A stretch of 46,827 bases of DNA from a virus (taxonomy: Duplodnaviria > Caudoviricetes): positions 1 to 46,827 of IMG/VR virus record IMGVR_UViG_3300030330_002330; one strand, given 5' to 3'. Under the pieces are notes generated by a model. It saw nothing but the letters and a program-made list of their open reading frames with translations. It ran no database searches and was not told the DNA's origin. Shown in pieces: positions 27,001 to 36,404 of this stretch. The translations under genes and the position numbers were made by a program. Each line of letters begins with the position of its first letter. Within the stretch, counting starts at the first letter, position 1.

Positions 27001-29999
27001 ATTAAGCCTGACATCTTAGGAGTTATTTCACTATCTACAGTCCACCAATTGTAATGATAATCAGCCCATTTTTTAGAATCTATTGCAATACCTTTAGCTG
27101 TTTCAACAAATGTATTTCCTATAGTTTGACTTTTTCTATAAACAGGTCCTAATGCTCTTCTAATAATTCTATGGTCAGTAAATCCTGTTATGTTTTCAGC
27201 AAACTCTGATAACAATTGTCCACTACCAGAATCTAATATAAAATCTTCTCCTTTATGATTTGGTATCGCATGTACTTCAGTTTTACTAAATGCGTTTCCT
27301 GCATGTGGCATTGTGTTTCCATCTCTATCAATAAAATAACCTGTCATGTCATCTATTTTTCCTTGAATGCCAAATTGTTGTGCAATTTCTTCAGCTACTT
27401 GTTCTGCTACTACATCTCCTTTTTTACTCCTAACTAATGCAATATCCATATCTGCTTGTTCTTTAAGAAAGAAATTAACTTTCTTTTTATTACGCCAATC
27501 AGTATTTCTTAATGCAAGTAATCTTTGACCAATCTTTTGAGCACTGTATCCATTAACAGTCATGTGTGATAATAATTGATGAGATGCAATTTCTTTATTT
27601 AATCCTTTAATTGCCATATCAGGAACAACAGCCATAATACTTCTCATGTATGGGTCTGTATTGCTATAAAAATTAGATGAAAATCCTAAGTATTTTTCAA
27701 ATGGTATTGCATTAGCAGTAACTAAAGTTTGTCCTAAACCTTCTTGAACTTTATCAAGCATTTCTTGAACAAAGTCTTGATTAATTATTCTTTTAACTTT
27801 TTCTACTCCACCATCAATAATTTGCATGTCTTCATCTTCAGGTAAAAATAATCTAAAACCTTTTTTATTTAAAGAATTTCTAACTCTTGATTGTCCTGTA
27901 ACTCCATCGTATATAGCATTTATACCTACACCTGCACCTCTTACAAGCATACCTGGAGCTCTACCTGCTATTTTTAAAGCACTAGGTATTACTGTTTGTG
28001 TAGCAACTCTACCTAAAGCACCTAAGTTTGCTCCAATACTTTTATAAGCTGCATCTTTATTTCCTAATTTAGTTAAAGCTTTACCTCTAGCTAATTGAAA
28101 TCTTGTTGCATTTGGTGTATCTAATAATTCTCTACCTGCTTTAAACATTTCTCTTGATACTTTGTTTCTAAAATATGCTGCACCTCTAGGCATCATCTTG
28201 TTATCAAATGTATAATTATTTTTTCCAATAGTTATACCTGTATCTATTAAATCTCCATAAATCTTTTTAATGCCATCAATGTTTTGTTTTTTTGCATGTT
28301 GAGCAATTCTTACAATAATATCGTCATGTAAATTTTTAAAAACAGGATTACTTTTTAAATATGCATAAAATTCTGCAAATTGATAGTTTTCTGCATCATC
28401 AACTAAGGTTTGATAAAGTTTCATTTGAAATGGACTGCTAATTAATTCTTCTTTAGTTTCTCTAAATATTTTTGGAACTGTACCTAAAAAGGTATAATTT
28501 CTTCTATCTTTACTTAATATTCTGTAATGTCTATATTTAGTTCTTAATCCTTTCCATAGTCCTGTTTGTGAATCAATAAACCCTTGATAATCATCAGGAA
28601 GTTCCCCAGGTTTTCCACCATCTAAAGAATCTCCAATTTCATCTAATAACTCATCAGCTTGTGATTTAGGGTCAGTTGGAACTATTTTTCTACCTTTAGT
28701 TAAATCAATAGTTTTATCAGCAGCATTTAATAAAGGATTAATTCTTCTTAAATTTTTAAATAAGTTTCCTATACCTTTAGTACCTTTGCCACCAATAATT
28801 TCACTACCTAAGGTATATGTAAAATCTAAAGTACCTGATAAGTTTTTAAATGCATCTGTACCTACTGGTGCAACGAATGAAGCTTGATGCCTACCAGGAG
28901 AATATAATAATCTTGGTTCATCACCAGGGTCGTAAACTGATTTAAATTTACTTCTATCAAAACCTAATCCCCAATGAGACCTACGACCAGCATAGAAATA
29001 TACTCTTGCAGGATTATCTAAACTTGTGTAATGTATTTCACCATCTTTGTCTTCAGCTTTTAATGGCCTTCCAACATATTTGTAAAATATTTCTTTAGCT
29101 TGTTGTTCTCCATATCCATGAGTTGTAATTAAATCTTGATATCTTGGGTCATCTTCTGGTTTCAATGTAATAAATTGCATCCATTTATCTCTATCAAAGT
29201 TAATTGGCCTACCTGCTTGCATTTCTTTCCACATAGCATTAACAATTGTTTGACCACCTACTTTGTTAGCTTCTGAAAACATATCAACATATTTTTTTAA
29301 CTGGTCTCCAATACTTGTAAATTTACCTACACCTTTAACATTTGTACCTTTTACATCTATTGCTAATTGACTTTGTGCTTGTGTAGGAGTTAAACCATTA
29401 ATTCTTTTGTAATCATATGCCATTAAATCTGCAAGATATCTCCATGACCTACCTGGTCCAGCAGGAGTTCCTAAAGTCCATTTACCTTGTAAACCAATGT
29501 TTTGCATTAAACCATCCCAAGCTTGTGCAGCCCATACACCATATTGTATGTCTCCAAACTTCGCATTCTTTAATCCACTTCTTCCAGCTCTTGAAGCATA
29601 AACACCATCAGGTCCAGGTCGTGCTAAACCTAATGTCCAAAACTCAATTGGAGCAATAGCCATATTCATTTCCCAACCTTCATTAAAAAATGTATTGTGT
29701 TTTTCAGATAGCTCTTGCCATAATTCTGCTTCTTCTGCTACAGAAGATAAAACATATTCTTCATTAAAATCTTGTGCAGCTTGTGATTTAGAAGGTTGGT
29801 CAATAGTCATTCCTAATGAAACAGCTGCTGTTTTACCTAAACCAGGAAATGCTATTGTTCCATCAATAATATTATTTCCTTTGTATTCTCCTATAGGAGA
29901 TTTAAAAAAATCTTGATAAGATTTAAACTTTGCATCAAGTTTTGCTTTTTGATTAATTATATCCTTTTCTGCAAAAGGGTCATTCCAGATTATGGGCAT
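24012..29999 (-). CDS. large internal virion / DNA-ejection protein (1995 aa)
   Basis: Size, position and C-terminal helical region (IFPFPEVWFE..QTWG) are typical of podovirus-like ejection proteins. Confidence 0.65.
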   Translation of the reverse strand: MPIIWNDPFAEKDIINQKAKLDAKFKSYQDFFKSPIGEYKGNNIIDGTIAFPGLGKTAAVSLGMTIDQPSKSQAAQDFNEEYVLSSVAEEAELWQELSEKHNTFFNEGWEMNMAIAPIEFWTLGLARPGPDGVYASRAGRSGLKNAKFGDIQYGVWAAQAWDGLMQNIGLQGKWTLGTPAGPGRSWRYLADLMAYDYKRINGLTPTQAQSQLAIDVKGTNVKGVGKFTSIGDQLKKYVDMFSEANKVGGQTIVNAMWKEMQAGRPINFDRDKWMQFITLKPEDDPRYQDLITTHGYGEQQAKEIFYKYVGRPLKAEDKDGEIHYTSLDNPARVYFYAGRRSHWGLGFDRSKFKSVYDPGDEPRLLYSPGRHQASFVAPVGTDAFKNLSGTLDFTYTLGSEIIGGKGTKGIGNLFKNLRRINPLLNAADKTIDLTKGRKIVPTDPKSQADELLDEIGDSLDGGKPGELPDDYQGFIDSQTGLWKGLRTKYRHYRILSKDRRNYTFLGTVPKIFRETKEELISSPFQMKLYQTLVDDAENYQFAEFYAYLKSNPVFKNLHDDIIVRIAQHAKKQNIDGIKKIYGDLIDTGITIGKNNYTFDNKMMPRGAAYFRNKVSREMFKAGRELLDTPNATRFQLARGKALTKLGNKDAAYKSIGANLGALGRVATQTVIPSALKIAGRAPGMLVRGAGVGINAIYDGVTGQSRVRNSLNKKGFRLFLPEDEDMQIIDGGVEKVKRIINQDFVQEMLDKVQEGLGQTLVTANAIPFEKYLGFSSNFYSNTDPYMRSIMAVVPDMAIKGLNKEIASHQLLSHMTVNGYSAQKIGQRLLALRNTDWRNKKKVNFFLKEQADMDIALVRSKKGDVVAEQVAEEIAQQFGIQGKIDDMTGYFIDRDGNTMPHAGNAFSKTEVHAIPNHKGEDFILDSGSGQLLSEFAENITGFTDHRIIRRALGPVYRKSQTIGNTFVETAKGIAIDSKKWADYHYNWWTVDSEITPKMSGLIATKSLKTDALTRLGDFYTRKVFKPLVLLRFAFLTRVFLEEQMRFVMGNMDGFFNHPMHYIQWVTSGKKQRKMVITAGELSGAELDAVKLMQSYEHFEAIQKSFTLKGLLGRDNKAAAALNFSRINKSAGIDKYTSALSFELLQLRGDPLARLIARHGHASEEVADFAKSAQGQKYFQDLADWGGSQWDRIVHDVDFQQQHIQSIEARIRLKTGGVLEKGEYFQHQSAREKYRYNIMSNRSASGSNEDLIKFIGTGDLWDIDKGKLVTFIPEDLTKGELTKTNMWRGNQAKLDGLLKRYVQSDDIIGPTGNRGLNLDMGDLKLATEVVDQTKYGKKMDEWVNHMFTHLMTKPIGYLNRSTAFKQYRYQYLLANWENIQPAARKRFIEEAKVLNIPTKVQQEMAFLSKSKKVREGAMDYELANNASKSFGLSGTKNLLYDASKRHLISDITRNIFPFPEVWFEVAQTWGKLLADKPYAMRNAHVGIRSGENWMTEGSTERNEGFITANPQNKDEKMFVWPFSGFLSSLVYGKNVEGDAWTETQVASKAYLSGINLLGQGFVPGPNPMVGFLADKVLPIEKWPAEVKDTLFGGFVPEGKFLDGAVPYPPWFKKLAAAMTDQDLDEEPRHQFDEMRGAATIQVYRYGMITGQNLKLYESGDLDVYLDEVDSNWSEDDADFIQKRDEAFLLYSKRKAKYLFGFQALAQFMLPTGFQPTYYVKDIEGNSWNASVLADEYRKLLLDNENDDTAAAEDFINKYGLEHGWLTAPSKVSKGGRKNYGYRAAKFQEENKEILKELKLTSWLVLPENPAEARATSDLIPDKTQLTPDEFRRNVNDTIGYFRYQAYQDQIKNLGLSSTQEVIAKRWFRNELILQLPGFQEDDWGLYETVSSKDMFREMRLKWLSNPVVMNQDTGKGFAKMLVDWEEFEKVSTQLSPTKNPEWWLQSTDERAVYMRMLMNQQAQAIMIEHPDFFHVWTSVMLKLFRDDKELLLEMGFNE

Positions 30000-30421
30000 T
30001 AAATACTCCTAGTATTTATAAGCTCCAATATTACAGGATGAGGGTTTACTGAATACAAAGCAGATAATAATACATCAACATCATCATATAAATCTTGTGT
30101 AGGTGGTGTATAACCTGGACCTATTGGAGCACCTGCTGTAGCAGGTTCATTTGGTCTTTCTGTAGGACCAAATACATTTGGAGGTGCAACTGGAGTAGCT
30201 GGAGCAGCTAAATTAGGAGCTCCTGCTCCACCACTATCACCTAAAGGTGCAGCTTGTTGTTGTTCTTCAAATGCTTTACTTTCACCATAACCTGCATTAG
30301 GTAATCTCATTACTGGTTGTGCACCATCTGTTCTTTGACTTAAAGCTCCAGGTCCACTAACAGCATTTTTGTTTGTTGGAGTTGGTCGTCTATAACCGCC
30401 TCTACCACGTTTCTTTGCCAT
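29999..30421 (-). CDS. small Pro/Ala-rich virion protein
   Basis: MAKKRGRGGYRRP...VSGPGALSQRTDG; SD GAGG before ATG 30421. Confidence 0.6.
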   Translation of the reverse strand: MAKKRGRGGYRRPTPTNKNAVSGPGALSQRTDGAQPVMRLPNAGYGESKAFEEQQQAAPLGDSGGAGAPNLAAPATPVAPPNVFGPTERPNEPATAGAPIGPGYTPPTQDLYDDVDVLLSALYSVNPHPVILELINTRSI

Positions 30422-30575
30422 TAAAATCCTCATTTATCATAATTATTATTCCAGGTGCAGGTTGCATCATTATGTAATTTGTATTAGGTATTTGATGTAA
30501 ATGTGAATCATCTAAAATATCATAGATACCAAATTCAGTTTCAATCATATCCCAGAATTTTTTTTCGTCTTCCAT
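30402..30575 (-). CDS. 57-aa acidic hypothetical protein (not in ORF track)
   Basis: TAATG-coupled to portal; MEDEKKFWDMIETEFG...GKETW*. Confidence 0.6.
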   Translation of the reverse strand: MEDEKKFWDMIETEFGIYDILDDSHLHQIPNTNYIMMQPAPGIIIMINEDFNGKETW

Positions 30576-32365
30576 TACACACCGCCTAATGCAGTAGCAA
30601 CACTTGGGGGTCCTTGTTGTGCCAACGCAGCCTGCTGTTGTTGTGCAATCATTTCTTGCTCTGCAGGTCCCAGTTGTGGTTCCTGTGGAGTATAGAACAT
30701 TCTTAATATCTCAGTCATTTCTGCTGGATATTCATAAATAGCTATGACTGCCATAGTTGCTGCAGGGTCTCCCTGAGCACTTCTTGCAAGAACAGATTCA
30801 AATAAAACATTTTCAGCTTTATTTTTTCTAATACGTTCTTGCACTTTAGCTATATTCTCTAAGCCATCAATGTTATCTTGTAGCGTTTCAACATCAATAA
30901 CTCCTGCTTGCAATAACTGCAAACCAGTAACAATTTTTTGTGGTTCATCAAAACCAGCCATAACCCCATAAATACGTCTGGTTCTATAATCTCCACCAAT
31001 ATCATTAACTGGAGAATAATTTTCTGCAAAAGCTGTACCTGCATAAAAACCTTGTATTGGTTTTTTATTCAGTTGTGGAAATTGAATACCTAATAGAACA
31101 TCTAGTTCTAATCGTTTCTCATCCATCTTTTGCAAACCATGTCTAATGATTTCTCTGTATTCATTAATCATTAATGACATAGTGCTATTTAATTCTGACA
31201 GACCTGCACCAGTTACAAAGGAATTAGGAGACTGGGAGTCATCGGTAACTGGGTAGCCACCAACCATACGCAACTGTCTTTCAAGTCTGTCAACTTGTTG
31301 AAATAATTGATAAGGAACATTGTTCTGAGGTTTACTTACTTGTGTACCAGGAGCAAGATAGTTAATTGCAAATCTACCTTTTCTATATTGTCCTGATTCA
31401 AGTTCACCAGATATGTTTGTTTCTGTAAATACTGAGTCCTCCATTGCTATAGCTGACATAATATTTATTTTTGCCATCATAGCCATTAAACCTATAACGT
31501 GGTCGTACTGACCTTTTAATTCATCAAAAGAAACTCTTTTCATAAATACAAAAGGAGGAGTACTTAAAAAGTTTGGTATGAAATCTAATATCATATTCTT
31601 TTCAGGGAATACAATGTAAGTTCCACCTAAATCATAATATTCAATTATGCGGACACCCTGGCCTGTATTATCTTCCCAATTATTTTGTTTCTCGTTTTCA
31701 TACGTCTGGCCAAGGCCTCCAGCACCGAAAGCTGCTTCTTGTTGATTTTCAGATTCATCTGGATTTAAAATCTCTTTTGCAAACTCAGGATAAATCTGTG
31801 CAAGTTTATATCTTGGTACTCTACGTAATACAGCTAGTTCTCTTGGTTCTTGGTCAGGGCCAAAGTTACCTGGGAAGGTATCGTATGGGTCTCGTAATTC
31901 TGCTGTTGGGTAAACATATCCGTTTTTATCTGTGCGTGTTGATATTATCCAAGCAGAATAACCATACCCAGGCAACCATCGTGCTACTTGAGCCAACTGT
32001 AAATTTAAATTTTGTTTTTCATCATAACTAGTAACAATACGTTCTAATCTCTCTGCTCTAACTTTTGCTCTATCTGAAGTGTTGTGATTTAATATATCAA
32101 CTTTAACTTGAGGTACTCCTGATATTTTTTGAGCTAATCTATCAATACCTGATTGAAGCATATTAGGAGCTGGTAATAAATCAGCATCAGATGTTTCCAT
32201 CTTATTTCCTAACAATGCTTTCATACCATCAGCACCACCATTTAAAATAGCTTTGATTCTTGCTTTTTGTACTTGTCTGTGCTTAGTGGGTTTTCCAGTA
32301 ACTAACTGAGTAGCATTATCTACTATCTCTTTATAGTTTTTTATGTCTAAATTTTCTATCCCCAT
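30575..32365 (-). CDS. portal protein
   Basis: 596 aa directly after terminase, with a Q/P-rich C-terminal tail typical of P22/T7-like portals. Confidence 0.8.
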   Translation of the reverse strand: MGIENLDIKNYKEIVDNATQLVTGKPTKHRQVQKARIKAILNGGADGMKALLGNKMETSDADLLPAPNMLQSGIDRLAQKISGVPQVKVDILNHNTSDRAKVRAERLERIVTSYDEKQNLNLQLAQVARWLPGYGYSAWIISTRTDKNGYVYPTAELRDPYDTFPGNFGPDQEPRELAVLRRVPRYKLAQIYPEFAKEILNPDESENQQEAAFGAGGLGQTYENEKQNNWEDNTGQGVRIIEYYDLGGTYIVFPEKNMILDFIPNFLSTPPFVFMKRVSFDELKGQYDHVIGLMAMMAKINIMSAIAMEDSVFTETNISGELESGQYRKGRFAINYLAPGTQVSKPQNNVPYQLFQQVDRLERQLRMVGGYPVTDDSQSPNSFVTGAGLSELNSTMSLMINEYREIIRHGLQKMDEKRLELDVLLGIQFPQLNKKPIQGFYAGTAFAENYSPVNDIGGDYRTRRIYGVMAGFDEPQKIVTGLQLLQAGVIDVETLQDNIDGLENIAKVQERIRKNKAENVLFESVLARSAQGDPAATMAVIAIYEYPAEMTEILRMFYTPQEPQLGPAEQEMIAQQQQAALAQQGPPSVATALGGV

Positions 32366-34263
32366 GGTGCTTCGTTCATCTCCGTAAATCCAAAATCAGT
32401 ATAACTTGCATTATAGTCTAATCCCATAGTCGCCAACTGTTCTTTGTTCATTCTTCTGAACACTTTCATTGGAAACCATCCTGCCATAACTATATCAGTT
32501 TTTTCTTTGTTTCGCTGTGAAACAGGTTTTCCATCAAAATATAATAACTGTGTTTTATAAGCATTAACTTTAGCCATACTTTCTGAGTTTCCTGTAGGTA
32601 AATGTATTTTCTGATTTTCAAATAAACCTGCCATAGAACCTACACCATACATAGGGTCATGTTTGTTTTTTCCGGTAACATGTCCTTGCATAGTTATACC
32701 TGACCTTAAAACAAATTCTTTTATTTTATCGTCTTGCCTAATAGCAGTTTGAAAACCGTTTTCTTCAATAACCCAATGTTGTAAATCATATTTGTGATAC
32801 CAGTCAGACATAATCTGTAATGCATGTTTCACTCCTCCACCCTGTCTATTTTCTAGGTCTATTAAAAATAACTCACCTCTATAAGAATTTATACCCCATA
32901 GTACAGCTGCTTGATAACCTGCAGAAGCAGGGTCAAGGCCTGCAACTAAATGTAAACCACCTGGTATCTGTCCAATAATCAAATCAGGTCTCATGCAGTT
33001 GTCAATCATATCCATAGTAAAAATTTGTGTACCTTCAACAAATGCTTGATTGTAATAAACCATTTCATAGATTTTTCTACCACCTGTAGTTTCTGCAGCT
33101 CTCTGTCTAGTCATTAACCATTTGAATGTACGTTTACCTGGCCATAATAAACAATTGATATGTTCATCTTCCAAGTGGTCAGGTATAGAACAAGCTATAT
33201 CATGTGCAGATTCAACAATAGATTCAAAGGCATCATTCGCAAGTAAGTGATGATATAAATCATCCGAATGCTGTCTTGAACCAATTACTACTACAGCAGT
33301 ATGTTCCTCTTTTCTTGATGAAAGAGTTGTTGTCCACCATTGTCTAGTGTTTTCTCTTGCACCAGGTTGCATTGTTGTTTGGTGGTCTTCAATGTCATCA
33401 GCAATAATTAAATCACAATCTCTTGATAATATTTTTCCACCTTTACCTACTGCAACCATAGTTGGAGACTTAATACCAGGTACTGTTCTTGTACCTACAG
33501 TAAATTGATTTTGAGACCAGTTCTTTCCTGACCTATTATCAGGTTTAAAGTTTTTTCCTGGACCGCAAAAGTCTTCTATTAATCTCTCGTTTTGTTCTAA
33601 GTGGTCTAATACAGAACTAACAGCATTCTTTGCTATGTCTTCGTTCCCACCAACCCACATAATTCGGATGTTTGGATTTAGCATTATTTGATAGACAGCA
33701 AAATGTATTAACAGTTCTGTTTTTCCATGTCTTGGGGGGCTTAATATTAATAATTCATTACCTTCATCTATAGCTTTAAGAATACTATTAATCCAGTTTT
33801 CGTGAAAATCTGCAGTTTCATATTTCTCTCCAGTTTCCGTTGCAAAGTATTTAGAGCGGAAGCTAGAAAAATTTTTTAAACTTTCAGTAGCATCTTCAGG
33901 TTGTGTCCAGTCGTATTGTTTTGTTGCTGTAACTTCGTCTAATTTGTATGCTGCAAGCATTCTAGATACCGTAGCAGAACTAACGTCTAAAACATTAGCC
34001 ACACCAATAACGGTAATGTCGCCCTGGGCTAGGGCTTCTGCATATAAAGCTTTAAATTCCTCATAGTGTTTACCTCTACGTACACTTGCGTAGTCGCCCT
34101 CGTCAGATTTATAAGTTTGGTTAATTGGTTTTTCTTCAATTTTCTTATTATGACGTTTTGTTTGTGCCCAGGTTCTCTTATTACATTGTTCTGAACAAAA
34201 CTTACGTTGTTTGCCTGATAGTCTTTTTTTACAGTTAGGTGCCACACACACTAAATTTGGCAT
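32356..34263 (-). CDS. terL: terminase large subunit with N-terminal Zn-finger and HTH extension
   Basis: Walker A PPRHGKT, Walker B LIIADD, coupling motif GSR, RNase H-like GLDPA...IEENGFQ...TDIVMA. Confidence 0.92.
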   Translation of the reverse strand: MPNLVCVAPNCKKRLSGKQRKFCSEQCNKRTWAQTKRHNKKIEEKPINQTYKSDEGDYASVRRGKHYEEFKALYAEALAQGDITVIGVANVLDVSSATVSRMLAAYKLDEVTATKQYDWTQPEDATESLKNFSSFRSKYFATETGEKYETADFHENWINSILKAIDEGNELLILSPPRHGKTELLIHFAVYQIMLNPNIRIMWVGGNEDIAKNAVSSVLDHLEQNERLIEDFCGPGKNFKPDNRSGKNWSQNQFTVGTRTVPGIKSPTMVAVGKGGKILSRDCDLIIADDIEDHQTTMQPGARENTRQWWTTTLSSRKEEHTAVVVIGSRQHSDDLYHHLLANDAFESIVESAHDIACSIPDHLEDEHINCLLWPGKRTFKWLMTRQRAAETTGGRKIYEMVYYNQAFVEGTQIFTMDMIDNCMRPDLIIGQIPGGLHLVAGLDPASAGYQAAVLWGINSYRGELFLIDLENRQGGGVKHALQIMSDWYHKYDLQHWVIEENGFQTAIRQDDKIKEFVLRSGITMQGHVTGKNKHDPMYGVGSMAGLFENQKIHLPTGNSESMAKVNAYKTQLLYFDGKPVSQRNKEKTDIVMAGWFPMKVFRRMNKEQLATMGLDYNASYTDFGFTEMNEAPWG

Positions 34264-34300
34264 AAAAATCTAATCTCCTGTAGATTGTTGCGTAGATTTT

Positions 34301-34330
34301 ATTATAGTGCTAGAGTATCGTATATTACAA
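34301..34330 (-). promoter_or_regulatory. sigma70-type promoter of the late arm
   Basis: TTGTAA-18 nt-TATAAT upstream of terL. Confidence 0.55.
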
Positions 34331-34574
34331 ACACTAGGAGCAATTAAACAGAAACAGGTGAAGGTGCCATCGGGAGGCAGAAAGCTTAAGACTCGTAATA
34401 GTGTAACGTAGAAACGCAAATTAAGTACCCAAGAACTGTTCAAAACTCTTATTAAGACCTATAAAAAAGATGCCCGCCCCTGCCCAAACAGACTACAGAA
34501 CACCAATGACTACTTACGTTCTATAGAATTACCACCATATTTTTAAATACATACGTTAGATAGATGACAGACAA

Positions 34575-34779
34575 AGATTTAAATAGGTAGGTCAAAGATA
34601 TATGACATATATCATAGATATATGACATATGACTACCTATATAAATCTCTACATACATAGTATGTAGTTGTTTGTAAACATATGTTATAAGAATATATCC
34701 ATACAAATTTAAATGGACCTAGATAGATTAAATTGATACCTGTTTGTATGGATATATACATTATATAAACATATGTTTA
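34575..34779. repeat. cluster of long inverted and direct repeats (candidate origin or packaging site)
   Basis: Direct repeat AGATATATGACATAT (34596-34610, 34616-34630) inside an IR (34575-34648); perfect 15-bp IR 34693-34707/34743-34757 flanked by AACATATGTT palindromes. Confidence 0.7.
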
Positions 34780-34869
34780 AAACAAAAGAATGAGAGAGTG
34801 TATGTTGTGCAATGTCCCAGTCTTTTTTAGTTTCACAAGCAACAAACTATGTTTTCTGTCTCATTCTGC

Positions 34870-34898
34870 TTGACATACATACTCTATGATTTTATTGT
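34870..34898 (+). promoter_or_regulatory. sigma70-type early promoter
   Basis: TTGACA-17 nt-TATTGT upstream of the first plus-strand gene. Confidence 0.7.
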
Positions 34899-34984
34899 GA
34901 GCCACCTTTTTTCCACTGCGGGCACTCGTGGAGGTGTCTATGCACTAGCGTGCATCACAATATAAATCATAAGGAGTATGATAT

Positions 34985-35182
34985 ATGTCTGAAGCAGAAG
35001 CTACAGAAGCTACAGCTAAAACATATGTTTGTCGTTCTTGTGAGGAAACTAAAAAGTTAGGAACTAATTTTAAGTTCGTTACTTCTTGGTTTAGCAAAAA
35101 GTTCCAAGACTGGGACAGTCGTGAGACTTGGGATAAATCCCTTTGCGCACCTTGCGGAATAGCACAACATAGCGTTGAGTAA
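34985..35182 (+). CDS. 65-aa Zn-finger protein (first early gene)
   Basis: SD TAAGGAG; CRSC...CAPC. Confidence 0.75.
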   Translation: MSEAEATEATAKTYVCRSCEETKKLGTNFKFVTSWFSKKFQDWDSRETWDKSLCAPCGIAQHSVE

Positions 35183-35231
35183 TGCTTAGCGGGAGTTATA
35201 GGAAACACTCTCTCAATCAGTTTTCCTAACT

Positions 35232-35279
35232 AAGACAGTGGTAGTAATTAGAGATAGTTGCTACCATTTGTCTTTTTTT
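35232..35279 (+). terminator. intrinsic terminator-like long hairpin
   Basis: AAGACA-GTGGTAGTAATTA-gaga-TAGTTGCTACCAT-t-TGTCTT followed by a T-run; GNRA loop and G-U pairs. Confidence 0.65.
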
Positions 35280-35370
35280 CTTAAAAAAAAGTAATTAGCA
35301 AAGTAAGACGGAGAGAACGCAAGCGTCGTTCCGACAAGGGCACAAGGCCCGCTTGCTTAGAAAGGATATT

Positions 35371-35487
35371 ATGTTAAAAAAGTTAAAAATAATAATAAGT
35401 TGGTATTTATTTGATAGATGGGATAAAAATAGACCATTTTATATTACATTAAAAGACTTGTTAGACGCAAGTGAAATGGAGAGATAA
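35371..35487 (+). CDS. 38-aa hypothetical protein (not in ORF track)
   Basis: SD AAAGGA; MLKKLKIIISWYLFDRW...EMER*. Confidence 0.55.
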   Translation: MLKKLKIIISWYLFDRWDKNRPFYITLKDLLDASEMER

Positions 35488-35591
35488 TGGCTAAGTTCTA
35501 CTTAAATAAAAAGCAAGTTTCGCCAAGACATTGGCGTTCGGTCGCCCTTTCCCAATTGGGCCAGCCCAATGGGCGACCTAGGAAAAAATAA
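35487..35591 (+). CDS. 34-aa basic peptide (not in ORF track)
   Basis: SD GGAG, TAATG coupling; MAKFYLNKKQVSPRHWRSVALSQLGQPNGRPRKK*. Confidence 0.45.
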   Translation: MAKFYLNKKQVSPRHWRSVALSQLGQPNGRPRKK

Positions 35592-35737
35592 TAAATATAT
35601 AATCCAAGTTGAAAGTCCAGCGTGTAAATCAGTTTGCGGACCTTGAACATATCTATTATCCAACACTTTAACACCATAATTGCATAACGATTAGGTTTTG
35701 AAGGGAGAGTGTTGGTTAATACATAGAAGGAGAGAGT

Positions 35738-35863
35738 GTGTATTTTGTATATATTAATAATCAGTTTATCAAAGCATTTGATGACGATTATGACGAAGAT
35801 AAAATATTTATAGCATATAAGCATAGATATCCACACGAACAAATAGAAATCCTACATGGATGA
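35738..35863 (+). CDS. 41-aa hypothetical protein (not in ORF track)
   Basis: SD AAGGAG, GTG start; MYFVYINNQFIKAFDDDYDEDKIF...ILHG*. Confidence 0.55.
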   Translation: MYFVYINNQFIKAFDDDYDEDKIFIAYKHRYPHEQIEILHG

Positions 35864-35974
35864 AGGCCGGTCGGCTTGTTCCAATACGGGCCAAGCCCGC
35901 CGACCGACCATAAGTTTTTATATCGATAATGAAAAGTATCAGAAAATAAGTACGATACGGAAAGGAGCTACACG

Positions 35975-36394
35975 TTGCTAAAACAGTACGCAGGTACGCT
36001 ATCGAACGTAAACGAAGTGATACTTACAGGTGCATTAACAACAGTGACTACTGACGGTAGTCCTAGAGTTGGTGTTTCTAGCAAAACAGGTAACAAATTT
36101 ATCAATGGTATAAAGTTTGTTGCTGACGGCAGACAAAATAAGCAAGCTAGTGAAACTTGTGTTGCATATGGCAATGAGTTAGTAGATGAAATCGAAGCAT
36201 TTCTTAAAGCTAACCATAACGCTGAACAACCAAGACCATTTGGTAGACTTATGATACGTGCAAAATTGCAAAGTAATAACTATACCGATAGTTTTGGTAA
36301 GCCAGTGTACAAGAATGAGTTAAATATTCTTGATATATGGCAAGCACCGACAAAAGTCGATAACGTGTTCACTTATACTTCAGAAGAAGAATAA
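35975..36394 (+). CDS. ssb: single-stranded DNA-binding protein (OB-fold)-like
   Basis: NEVILTGAL...CVAYG....E......GRL.I.AKL.SNNYTD..G.......I pattern; acidic tail; SD GGAAAGGAG with TTG start. Confidence 0.7.
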   Translation: MLKQYAGTLSNVNEVILTGALTTVTTDGSPRVGVSSKTGNKFINGIKFVADGRQNKQASETCVAYGNELVDEIEAFLKANHNAEQPRPFGRLMIRAKLQSNNYTDSFGKPVYKNELNILDIWQAPTKVDNVFTYTSEEE

Positions 36395-36404
36395 GAGAAC
36401 TAAC

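Noticed and set aside
34521-34706. 61-aa ORF in the palindromic region
   Set aside because: The Y/I-rich translation reflects AT-alternating repeats and it has no RBS.
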